From: Alphaproteobacteria bacterium
Lineage (GTDB): Bacteria; Pseudomonadota; Alphaproteobacteria; BOG-932; Roseiterribacteraceae
DNA length: 64,000 nucleotides
Assembly (NCBI GenBank): GCA_035293565.1
Contig: DATGMP010000092.1
Location: 14,538 to 78,537 of the forward strand
Reading direction: 5' to 3'
A program made the position numbers and the translations under genes. Shown piece by piece: positions 37,813 through 46,158 of the stretch. How positions within the stretch are numbered: position 1 is the stretch's first letter; each line of letters starts with the position of its first letter. The notes beneath the pieces are model-generated. The model made no database searches, was not told where the DNA came from, and saw only the letters and a program-made list of their open reading frames with translations.

Positions 37813-39485
37813 GATCTGTCCTCCTTCGCCGAGGCTCGAGAAGTTGCGTCGGCCTGGTTCGGACCTTCCGTCCGGGCCGGCTCCGAGACTTTGTAGAAAG
37901 CCTTGCTGGTCGCGATCGTCCGCAGGAGGTCGGGCAGCCTGTACCCTTCGGCCGCGAAGCGCCCCTGCAGATATTTGATCCAATCGGCTTCGCCCTTGGA
38001 TGGAGCGTGACCCGACCCATAGGCATAGACGCGGTTGACCAGGCAAGCGGTCGCGGCCGGGTCATCGTGCAGCGTCTGACCCAGGCCCGCGGCGCCCTCG
38101 AAATGCGCCGCGTCGAGTTCGCCCGCCGGATCGATCGGCGCGCCGTTCTCGGCCGTTCGATAGGCGCCGAGCCCATCGAAATTCTCGAGCGAGAGTCCGA
38201 TCGGATCGATGATCTTGTGGCAGCCGGCGCAGGTCGGCTCGGTACGGTGCGCCGTCAGTCGCTCGCGAGCGGTGCGATAGGTCGTGTTCTTCGTGTCCTG
38301 GACGATTGCGAAATTCACGTTGGCGGGCGGAGTCGGCACCTGCTGGCACAGCAGGATCTCGCGCACGGCCTTGCCGCGCAGCGTCGAGGAGCTGCGGCCC
38401 GGGTGCGAATGAAGCGCCAGGAAGCTCACCTCGGCGACGATCCCGGCATGGGGATCGCCGGGCGGGAACTCGAAGGGCTGCCAGCCGGTGGGTGACTGGA
38501 CCGGCACGCGGTAGATCGAACCCAGAAGCCGCGTGAGGAAAGTCTTCCGCGTGGTGAAGATGTCGCGATAGTCGCCTTTCTGCACGAGCAGATGATCCAC
38601 GAGCGTGCGAAGCGTCTGCTCCTGCGCGTCCACCATCACGACCGGCGTGAATTTCGGATAGACCTCCGGGTCCTTGGCGAGCCCCGGCAGCTGGTCGAAG
38701 CCCAGCATGTCCGAGAAGAATGCCCGCACACCCGCTTCGACGCGCGGCGAGGCCAGCATCCGGTCGACTTGGCGGGCGAGGCCGCGCTCGCTGTCGAGAT
38801 CGCCCTTTTCGGCGGCCTTCAAGAGCTCGTCGTCCGGCGAGGTGTTCCACAGGAAGAAGCTGAGTCGCGTTGCCTTGGAATAGCCGTCGAGCTTGAGATG
38901 ACCAGCGCCGTCTGGCTCGGCGATCTCCTCGCGGAAAAGGAAGCGAGGCGATTCGAGCATGATCGCCAGGCTGGTCTCGAGTCCGGCATAGAAATTGCCG
39001 AGGGTCTTGGTCGCGTCCGACGCCACCGCCACCTGCGACTTCAACTCCTCTGGCTTCATCGGCCGGCGATAGAGCTGGAGGCCGACCTCGCCCAGGAACT
39101 GGGCGGCGCAGTTATCGTCCGGCTGAGAGACCGAGGCCGGCTTGCAGCCGACGAGCTGGTCCCTGTGGTGCTCGTCGACCACTTGGGCCGCGATGCTGCG
39201 GGCCAGACCGTCATATTGCTCGAGGCTGCTCGGCGTTACCGACACATGGCTGGTGCCGACGGCGAGCAGGCCGTTTTCGCGCACGTCCGGGTCGAAGCGG
39301 CCCTGCACCTTGATGTCGGCGCCAAAGATGTCGGCGATGATGGCGGTGTACTGCTCCTGCGTCAGGCGGCGCACCGTCGCCGGACCGCCTGACGACGCCG
39401 GACCGTCGTCGCCGCAGCTCGAAAGCCCGATCAGCGCAAGGCCCGTGCAAGCCAGAAGGGCCAGCGTTCTTCCCACCATCGTCAT
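37809..39485 (-). CDS. DUF1592/DUF1585-type lipoprotein with CxxCH haem-binding motif
   Basis: Lipobox LIGLSSCGDD. Motif TCAGCHKIIDPIGLSLENFDGLG. 558 aa, with the multi-DUF architecture seen next to DUF1552 genes. Confidence 0.65.
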   Translation of the reverse strand: MTMVGRTLALLACTGLALIGLSSCGDDGPASSGGPATVRRLTQEQYTAIIADIFGADIKVQGRFDPDVRENGLLAVGTSHVSVTPSSLEQYDGLARSIAAQVVDEHHRDQLVGCKPASVSQPDDNCAAQFLGEVGLQLYRRPMKPEELKSQVAVASDATKTLGNFYAGLETSLAIMLESPRFLFREEIAEPDGAGHLKLDGYSKATRLSFFLWNTSPDDELLKAAEKGDLDSERGLARQVDRMLASPRVEAGVRAFFSDMLGFDQLPGLAKDPEVYPKFTPVVMVDAQEQTLRTLVDHLLVQKGDYRDIFTTRKTFLTRLLGSIYRVPVQSPTGWQPFEFPPGDPHAGIVAEVSFLALHSHPGRSSSTLRGKAVREILLCQQVPTPPANVNFAIVQDTKNTTYRTARERLTAHRTEPTCAGCHKIIDPIGLSLENFDGLGAYRTAENGAPIDPAGELDAAHFEGAAGLGQTLHDDPAATACLVNRVYAYGSGHAPSKGEADWIKYLQGRFAAEGYRLPDLLRTIATSKAFYKVSEPARTEGPNQADATSRASAKEDRS

Positions 39486-39513
39486 TCGTCTTTCTGCTCG
39501 AGGCCGTTCCGCG

Positions 39514-40680
39514 TCAGCGCGCCGCGGTCTTCTCGGCCGTGCCGTCCGCCGCCGCGGTCTTGTTGCCCTTCTCCTCTTGCGGATGGACGAGGAAGGCCGG
39601 CACCGCGTCGACCGCGTAGGAGGTCGAGATCGTCGTGCATTCGCCGGTCTTCGGATCCGGATCGCCGTCGGCCAAAGTCTTGAAGGCGTAATACATGGCC
39701 GGGCAATTGCCGGCGCTGAACTTCTCCAACAGGAAACCTGTCTTGCGCAGTCCCCAGAAGACGGTGTCCCAATCCTGATAGCCGTTGAGATGCCCCTTCA
39801 GCGAGCCGTCGGGCTGGAAGGCCAGCTCGAGCCGCGCCCGCTTGAAATGCATCTCCGGCATCCAGACCGGATCGTTCTTCACATTGAAGTCGAAGGGCTC
39901 GGTCGTCAGCACGCCGTCCTTGATCCGGCCGTGCGTATGGCCCTGCCAGCGCGTATCGGCGTCGATCCGCAGCGTCTGGTCGGCCTGCACGCCGCCGGCC
40001 CCGTCCTGCATCAGCCCATCGAGTCCCTGATAGAAGGAGACCTCGACATTGTCGCTGTTCTTGGGATCGGTGATCCCGGTGATCTCGATCAGATAGGTCA
40101 CCATGCCTTCGCGCATGCGCTCGTTGATGTATTCGATGCCGAACGCGTCGCGGCCGTCCTTGGCCGCCGAGCCGCGATGGATCTTCGAGCAGCCCATAAC
40201 GCGATACATCTGGTTGTCGACCGCCGGCGTACCGTCCGCGCCGACGAACTTCTGGTGCTTGCAGCTGAGCTTTGTCGCCGAGCCGTCGGCGGTGCCGTCC
40301 AGATTGGCGCCATAGGCGACCTTGCCCTGAACCGTCGGCCAACTCGTGTCCGGCGGCACCGACTCGGGATAGGCGCAGACATCTTCGCCATGCGGCCCGC
40401 GATGGAGCGCAGCCTGACGGAATTCGGGCGACAGCGGATGCTCGAAAAGCGCCTTGATCTGCTCCGGCGTCTTCCCTTCCTTCGTGAAGATCGCCGTCCA
40501 ATCGAGCTCTTGGCTGACGCCTTTCGGGCAATCATCGTCGCCGACATGATAGGCGGGTTGGAACCAGGAGACCGCGAAGCCGCGAGTCTCTCCAGCCGAA
40601 GCGGCGGGAATCGAAAGGGCAACGACGGCAAGAGCTGCCGCGATCGGTCCGACACGGCCGAAATCCAAGTCTGGCGCCAT
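39514..40680 (-). CDS. exported Cys-containing hypothetical protein
   Basis: 388 aa with Sec-type signal AAALAVVALSIPAASAGE, a GGGGAG RBS and several spaced Cys residues. No family recognised. Confidence 0.6.
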   Translation of the reverse strand: MAPDLDFGRVGPIAAALAVVALSIPAASAGETRGFAVSWFQPAYHVGDDDCPKGVSQELDWTAIFTKEGKTPEQIKALFEHPLSPEFRQAALHRGPHGEDVCAYPESVPPDTSWPTVQGKVAYGANLDGTADGSATKLSCKHQKFVGADGTPAVDNQMYRVMGCSKIHRGSAAKDGRDAFGIEYINERMREGMVTYLIEITGITDPKNSDNVEVSFYQGLDGLMQDGAGGVQADQTLRIDADTRWQGHTHGRIKDGVLTTEPFDFNVKNDPVWMPEMHFKRARLELAFQPDGSLKGHLNGYQDWDTVFWGLRKTGFLLEKFSAGNCPAMYYAFKTLADGDPDPKTGECTTISTSYAVDAVPAFLVHPQEEKGNKTAAADGTAEKTAAR

Positions 40681-40792
40681 GATTCACTCCCCTTCGGACG
40701 CGTTTCCTCTCGAGCCGGCGAGAGCCGTCTTCGCGCCTATGATAGCACCAAATTCGGCCTATACAATTGTGTTCACTCTCGGATCAGGGCAG

Positions 40793-41458
40793 TCAGAGAC
40801 GTTGGCCTCCCCGGCGCCGAGACGAGGCGAGCGATGTCCGTGATCGCTCGGAGGCTTCGGCAATGAAATTCTCGATCTGCCCGGCGAGGAAATCGGCGAC
40901 GATCCGGCGGTCGACCCTCCAATCCCGCGCGCTCAGGTGGAACAGGGCCGTATCGATCTCGAACAAGAGAATTTGCACCCGTTCGCGTGCTCCGGGCGCA
41001 TCGATCGTCGTCGCGAGCGCGCCGCGGAAAGCGGGGATGCTCTTTGACAGCTTTCGGATTCGGTTGGTGTCGGCGATCGCTGCGGCCTCGCGGAGCCGCG
41101 GCTCGCTCCTGAAGGATTCTGCGACGACGGCCAGGAGCCGCTTATTCTGCTCGTTGATCTCGATGATTTCGTCGAGCCAAGCGACGATCGCCGCGCGGTC
41201 CGGTTCCTCGGCCATGCTCAACCGGTCATAGGCTTCCGCCTGACGGCTGCCCAATTGCGCCATCAGAGCCTCGGCAACCGCGAGCTTGCTTTTGAAATGC
41301 TTATAGAACGTCGCCCGGCTCACCTTGGCACGGGTAATGATGTCTTCGACGTTGGCGGCGTGGTAGCCGAGTTCGTGAAAGGTGGCGAGCGCCGAGTCCA
41401 GGATCTGACGCCGGCTGGCCTCCTTCTGTCTTTCATAACGATTCATCGCGCGCGGCAT
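40793..41458 (-). CDS. TetR-family transcriptional regulator
   Basis: HTH ALATFHELGYHAANVEDIITRAKVSRATFYKHF. Same strand as, and directly upstream of, the exported-protein operon. Confidence 0.85.
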   Translation of the reverse strand: MPRAMNRYERQKEASRRQILDSALATFHELGYHAANVEDIITRAKVSRATFYKHFKSKLAVAEALMAQLGSRQAEAYDRLSMAEEPDRAAIVAWLDEIIEINEQNKRLLAVVAESFRSEPRLREAAAIADTNRIRKLSKSIPAFRGALATTIDAPGARERVQILLFEIDTALFHLSARDWRVDRRIVADFLAGQIENFIAEASERSRTSLASSRRRGGQRL

Positions 41459-41519
41459 CGTGGGAGTCCGGGACCGCCATGATATCCGCGATCCGGCTCC
41501 GCCTCAAACTGAGTTGGTC

Positions 41520-42350
41520 TCAGCCGCCGGGCGAAGGGGAAGGTGATGAGACCGGCCCTGTCGCGGCCTGCGAGGATGACGGCGTCTGCGGCGAGTCGGC
41601 CTTCGGCGCCTGCGGCGCCGGGGAGGGCTGGCTCTCAGGTTGGCTCGACGGCGCAATCTGCGCCGGCGCGATCGGTGCCGCCGCGACGGAGGTCGATTCC
41701 TGCGGTTTGGCGGGAGTCTGGGAGGCTTGGGCGGGCGCGGCGGTCGTTCCCGGCTGGTCGGGTTTTCCGGTCGTGGCGGGTTTCTCTTCAGGAGATTTCC
41801 GAGCCTCGGACGATTTCTGTGCATCGCCCGCCTGCGACGTGCCGGCCACCTGGACGGTATAGTCGGGCACGATCCTGGCCTGCGGGCCTTCGATGATCAG
41901 CACATGCTGGCCGATATCCAGCGGATGCAGGTCCTTCTGCGTCACTGACAGAAGGTCGCCGTTAGGCTTACGGACGATGTATTCATAGCCGAACGTGTCG
42001 TCGGTGCTGTGCGCGATGGCGTTGCCCACCAGCCCGCCGGCCACTGTGCCGCCGACGGCGCCGAGGGCCGAGATCGGTCCTTGACCGATCTGCGATCCCG
42101 CTATGCCGCCGGCCGCGCCGCCGGTCGCCGTCCCGATCGTGGAATCGGCGGTGATCGAAACCACCCGTACGCCGACCACCACGCCTTGATCGACCTTCTC
42201 GGCGTGTTGGACGGCCGCGCTCGAATAGGTGTTGGGCGAATAATCCGGCCCGCAGGCGGCAAGCACGCAGGGAAGGGCAAGTGCCGCGACGCGCCGAGGG
42301 GCGCCTAGGGCAGCCGATTCAAACAGTGAAAGCAAAGACGCAGGAAGCAT
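41520..42350 (-). CDS. glycine-zipper lipoprotein with Pro/Ala/Gln/Ser-rich C-terminal tail
   Basis: Start at MLPASLL. Lipobox CVLAAC, glycine zipper GTATGGAAGGIAGSQIG..GAVGGTVAGGLVG, and a ~100-aa low-complexity tail. Confidence 0.7.
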   Translation of the reverse strand: MLPASLLSLFESAALGAPRRVAALALPCVLAACGPDYSPNTYSSAAVQHAEKVDQGVVVGVRVVSITADSTIGTATGGAAGGIAGSQIGQGPISALGAVGGTVAGGLVGNAIAHSTDDTFGYEYIVRKPNGDLLSVTQKDLHPLDIGQHVLIIEGPQARIVPDYTVQVAGTSQAGDAQKSSEARKSPEEKPATTGKPDQPGTTAAPAQASQTPAKPQESTSVAAAPIAPAQIAPSSQPESQPSPAPQAPKADSPQTPSSSQAATGPVSSPSPSPGG

Positions 42351-42562
42351 GGCGCATGGGTCCTGAGCACACGGGTCATGAGGTCGCGTCGGCGCCATGC
42401 TGGGGATCAAATATGGCGGATCTGTGGACCGCATCCGCACTGGCGCATCGGCCGGTGGAGTCTGAACGATCGTCAGCGCGACAGCAAGCGCGGACATGTC
42501 CGCGCTTGGCGGCTAGAACCAATTTCCGATGGGTTTTGACTGTCTTGGGACAGCCGCCGGCT

Positions 42563-42724
42563 TTAGCGTGCGATGATCGCCGTTACGGCCGATTTCCGGG
42601 CGGCTTTGCGTTCGAAATAACGGGCCAGCGCGAGGCGCTGATCACGTGCTGAGCTGGAGGGGGCCACCTCAGCCAGCCTGCGATACTTCACAGCCATGAA
42701 CAGCAGACTCGATGTCTTGGTCAT
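42563..42724 (-). CDS. small basic hypothetical protein (53 aa)
   Basis: ATG at 42724 preceded by GGGGAG at about 7 nt. Sequence MTKTSSLLFMAVKYRRLAEV... No family recognised. The longer 90-aa form has no obvious RBS. Confidence 0.3.
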   Translation of the reverse strand: MTKTSSLLFMAVKYRRLAEVAPSSSARDQRLALARYFERKAARKSAVTAIIAR

Positions 42725-42962
42725 TGCTCGCTCCCCGCCTTCCCCTGCGGCGCGCCGTATCGCGTCGAACCGCCGCGGATCATAGGCGCGATGCCTCTTT
42801 CTGGCAATCACCACCCCTTGCGTTCGAGCTGCCATGACCGACTAGGTATATGGTTAAGATGGTATTGCAGCGCATCATTTCATTCGTCGAGATCCGACCG
42901 GCTTGCCGAGGCATCGCTTGCCCGCGTATGCGTCTCCTCGAGGTCGTGTAGGGGAGGATGAA

Positions 42963-43877
42963 ATGGAGTTCACCGGGCGCAAGATTCTAATCACCGGACC
43001 GACCGGCCAGGTCGGATTTCCCGTTGCCAGGGCACTCGCCAAAAGCAACGAGGTCTGGGGAGCGGCGCGCTTTTCCGACGAGGCGAAAAAGAAGGCTCTC
43101 GAAGAAGCCGGTGTCCGCTGCGTCACCGCCGATTTCGAGAAGGGCGATTTCTCGGCCGTGCCGAAGGACATCGAGTATGTGCTGCATTTCGGCGTGTTCC
43201 GCGCGGCGGGCGACGATTTCGACCTCGATTTCCGCAACAATGCCGAAGGCACCGGGCTCCTGATGAGTCATTGCCGGGGGGCCAAGGGCTTCCTTCATGT
43301 GTCCTCGACCGCCGTTTACGAATCGGCCGGCCATGCCGCGCTCAAGGAGACGGACCCGCTCGGCGACAATCATCGGGTGATGATGACCACCTACAGCATC
43401 ACCAAGATCGCAACCGAAGCGGTGGTGCGCTTCGCGGCGCGCGAGTTCAACCTGCCGACCGTCATCTGCCGCCTATGCGTGCCGTATGGGGACAATGGCG
43501 GCTGGCCCTACTACCACCTGCTCGCCATGAAGCACGGCGCGGCGATCCAGGTGCACACCGACAAGCCCTCGATTTATTCGCTGATCCACGAGGACGACAT
43601 CATCCGCACCATCCCAGCACTGCTCGGCACCGCGTCGGTTCCGGCCAATATCGTCAATTGGGGCGGCGCCGAACGGGTCTCGATCGAGGAATGGACCGCC
43701 TATATCGGCGAGCTCACCGGCACCGCGCCCAAGCTCGAATATACCGAGACCTGCCTAGAGAGCGTCATCGTCGACAATACCAAGCTGCAATCCATTGCCG
43801 GGCCCTTGCAGATGCACTGGAAGGAGGGCATCCGCCGCATGATCAAGGCTCGCAATCCGGAGTGGCTGGTCTCTTGA
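42963..43877 (+). CDS. NAD-dependent epimerase/dehydratase family protein
   Basis: ATG after GGGGAGG. KILITGPTGQVGFPVA Rossmann motif and YSITKIATE catalytic Yx3K. Confidence 0.85.
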   Translation: MEFTGRKILITGPTGQVGFPVARALAKSNEVWGAARFSDEAKKKALEEAGVRCVTADFEKGDFSAVPKDIEYVLHFGVFRAAGDDFDLDFRNNAEGTGLLMSHCRGAKGFLHVSSTAVYESAGHAALKETDPLGDNHRVMMTTYSITKIATEAVVRFAAREFNLPTVICRLCVPYGDNGGWPYYHLLAMKHGAAIQVHTDKPSIYSLIHEDDIIRTIPALLGTASVPANIVNWGGAERVSIEEWTAYIGELTGTAPKLEYTETCLESVIVDNTKLQSIAGPLQMHWKEGIRRMIKARNPEWLVS

Positions 43878-44151
43878 CGATTCCGAGGGCCGTCCACCGC
43901 TTGCGGCGGGCCGCGGGATTATCGGGTTGGCTGTCGCACGTCGCTGCGACGCCCTCGAGAGCATGGTCGATGGTCAAAGCGACACTGCCGGATCGAGAAA
44001 GGTCGGGCGATTGTGGCCCGGCAGCCATCGGCAACTGGTAAACGGCTCGGCTTCCGACATGAATCCATGCCGCTGGTGCGGCACCAGGCTTGTGTTATAT
44101 GGGATTTGGCGATCGTCGCTTTCACCCGCGGCGGCGCGAGACGGGCGTTCG

Positions 44152-44667
44152 ATGCGATCACGATTGCTACTCGTTCCGATCGGTGTTTTCGCCAGCGCGC
44201 CGGCGATCGCGACCACTTATATGACGGTCGAGCAGGCCCAGCAGGCGCTGTTTCCGGGCGCGACCTTCACACCCAACTTCGTGACGCTCGATCAGGACCA
44301 ATTCAACGCGATCATCAAGGATTCGGACGTCAATGTCTGGAGCCGAGACATCAAGGCCTGGAAGGCCTCGACCGGCGGCTGGTTCATCCTCGATCAGGTG
44401 CGCGGCCGGGACGATTGGATCACCTATGCGGTCGGGATAGACCCCTCGGGCGCGGTGAAGACGATCCAGATCCTGGAATGCCTGGAGAAATATGACGGCA
44501 TCACCGACCCGCAATGGCGCGGTCAGTTCATCGGCAAACGCCGCGGCTCGCGCTTCGACGATATCGAAATCATCACCGGCTCGACCCTCTCCTCCGGCCA
44601 GATCGCGGCCGGCGTGAAGCGGGTGCTGTCGACCTACGCGCTCGTTCTGAATCCGCCGTCGGGGTGA
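44152..44667 (+). CDS. exported FMN-binding domain protein
   Basis: Signal MRSRLLLVPIGVFASAPAIA. The C-terminal IEIITGSTLSSGQIAAGV resembles the FMN_bind S/TGAT-type flavinylation motif. Confidence 0.65.
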   Translation: MRSRLLLVPIGVFASAPAIATTYMTVEQAQQALFPGATFTPNFVTLDQDQFNAIIKDSDVNVWSRDIKAWKASTGGWFILDQVRGRDDWITYAVGIDPSGAVKTIQILECLEKYDGITDPQWRGQFIGKRRGSRFDDIEIITGSTLSSGQIAAGVKRVLSTYALVLNPPSG

Positions 44668-44748
44668 AGCGAACGCAACTGTCGGAAAACTTTACAATTC
44701 ATCGCGATTTTCATTCGAAGAACTGGAAAATACAGCATATTCAATGCG

Positions 44749-44764
44749 TGGTACGGGAATTGCA
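44749..44764 (+). promoter_or_regulatory. sigma-54 (-24/-12) promoter
   Basis: TGGTACGGGAATTGCA matches TGGCACG-N4-TTGCW with one mismatch and correct GG-N10-GC spacing. It lies 26 nt upstream of the PEP-CTERM gene ATG. Confidence 0.65.
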
Positions 44765-44789
44765 TCAACCCCTGCACGGACAAGATGCG

Positions 44790-45518
44790 ATGGCCCATAA
44801 GATGAAAATCCATACTCCTACATTGTCGGTCGCGGTTCTGGCGGCGTTGTGGTCCGGCTTTTCGCCTTATGCGAGGGCGGCGGTGAGCTACTCGACGGGC
44901 AGCGTCAATTTCGACGCCGGCTTTGGTCAGCAGGTCGACGCTCCGTTGGGAGGGTCGGACACCGGCTGCGACTCCGATGCCGGCGTAGCCGCTTGCGGGG
45001 ATTTGCTCAAGGTGACGGGTGTCTCGAATCAGGCGTTCAGCGGGGGGCCCGCGCCCAACGGAACGAACTACGTGATGAACAATTTCGTGTTCCACGTCGA
45101 AGACACCAATGGTGGCGTCAGCGGGGACTACGGAACCGGAGCCATCTTGGCGTCGAGCGCGACCTGTCCGACCAACGCGTTCTGCGAGTCGATCCAGCTT
45201 GGCAACAGCCCGAACGATGCGTACTTGTTCGAGCTCCCCTACACCATCAACTTCGGATTTGCCGGCGATACTTTCGGGTTCGATCCGAACGTGGTCCTCG
45301 GAACTCTAAAATTCCAAGGCAAGACATACACTGTGACCTCGTTGGGCACGGTTACGCTCGGCAATGCCGGCGGCGATGACGATAAGAGCTATTCGGGTCA
45401 GCTGCTCCTCAACTTTACCGATCCTGCCGATGATCCGCCGGTTCCGGAGCCGTCCTCCTTCGTGGTCTTGGGCGGTGTGCTCGCGGCTCTAGGTTTGGCA
45501 CGGCGGCGCGCTTGCTGA
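44790..45518 (+). CDS. PEP-CTERM sorting-signal protein
   Basis: Signal peptide MAHKMKIHTPTLSVAVLAALWSGFSPYARA. C-terminus PVPEPSSFVVLGGVLAALGLARRRAC gives PEP motif, TM helix and Arg cluster. Confidence 0.8.
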   Translation: MAHKMKIHTPTLSVAVLAALWSGFSPYARAAVSYSTGSVNFDAGFGQQVDAPLGGSDTGCDSDAGVAACGDLLKVTGVSNQAFSGGPAPNGTNYVMNNFVFHVEDTNGGVSGDYGTGAILASSATCPTNAFCESIQLGNSPNDAYLFELPYTINFGFAGDTFGFDPNVVLGTLKFQGKTYTVTSLGTVTLGNAGGDDDKSYSGQLLLNFTDPADDPPVPEPSSFVVLGGVLAALGLARRRAC

Positions 45519-45626
45519 CCGGCTACTGATCCTGCGCGACGGGCCGACCGACCAGGCGTCGTCGCGGAAGGAGGTCCCTTCGGTGCCGGTTTTTGTGCAT
45601 TGCACAATAGGCACGATGAGGCATCG

Positions 45627-46070
45627 TCAGAGGCGGTGATAGACCTCCTCATAAACGGTGACGCGCCCCCGCATGTCGGTCTGCTTCACCTCGCAATCCA
45701 TGGTTCGCGCGTCGGGCGTGAAGGTGCAGATCTCGACCGCAATCCCACCCGGACCTTGCGATACTTGCTTCAGCGCCCCTTCCGGAGTCCAGCTGAAGGC
45801 CGACGTGCTGCCGGCGCGTCCTTTGATGGGGTAGGGCTTGCCGTCGATCGCGCCCACGAAGCCCGTCGAGCCGGTCGCGCCGTCCGGCATCCGGACGGTG
45901 ACTGTCCATTGGAAGCCCGATGCATCCTCCTTGGTCACCGCCATCGTGAGGTCCGCCGGCTTCCCTTCGCCCGGCAGCAGCTCCGACCGCGTGAGATCGA
46001 GATGCCAGGCGCCCACCAGCGATGAGGGGCGGGCGACGGCGGAGGGGTGAGCGCAAAAATAAACCGTCAT
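45627..46070 (-). CDS. hypothetical beta-rich protein
   Basis: Good coding-like composition from LVGAWHLDLTRSE.. to the end. The only in-frame ATG near the 5' end (46068-46070) lies inside a REP copy, so the start is uncertain. Confidence 0.5.
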   Translation of the reverse strand: MTVYFCAHPSAVARPSSLVGAWHLDLTRSELLPGEGKPADLTMAVTKEDASGFQWTVTVRMPDGATGSTGFVGAIDGKPYPIKGRAGSTSAFSWTPEGALKQVSQGPGGIAVEICTFTPDARTMDCEVKQTDMRGRVTVYEEVYHRL

Positions 46071-46143
46071 TCCCACGAAGGCGAGAATCCATGTCGACGT
46101 CGGTACAGGCTCATGGATGGATTCCCGCTTTCGCGGGAATGAC
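46066..46143. repeat. pair of REP-like hairpin units in inverted orientation
   Basis: gtcattcccacgaaggcgagaatccat (46066-46092) and atggattcccgctttcgcgggaatgac (46117-46143). The arms are reverse complements with 3 mismatches. The right unit forms an internal hairpin (attcccgc/gcgggaat); the left unit is a degenerate copy of it. Confidence 0.8.
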
Positions 46144-46158
46144 ATGAAAGGAAAGATC

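Noticed and set aside
40740-40790. Short palindrome acaattgt between the TetR gene (40793-41458) and the exported-protein operon.
   Set aside because: The core is only 8 bp with imperfect extension, too short to call an operator without comparative data.
39142-40866. 574-aa plus-strand ORF spanning two reverse-strand genes.
   Set aside because: It overlaps the signal-peptide-bearing exported protein genes, which have good RBSs. It is Arg-rich and motif-free. Shadow ORF.
41520-41830. Quasi-repetitive GC-rich DNA that might be mistaken for a tandem-repeat or CRISPR-like array.
   Set aside because: There is no regular repeat-spacer periodicity. It encodes the Pro/Ala/Gln/Ser tail of the lipoprotein in a continuous frame.
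45591-45605. 15-bp palindrome ttgtgcattgcacaa in the convergent gap after the PEP-CTERM gene.
   Set aside because: It could be a weak bidirectional terminator or a binding site. It has a short stem and no adjacent T-run on either strand, so there is not enough to call it.
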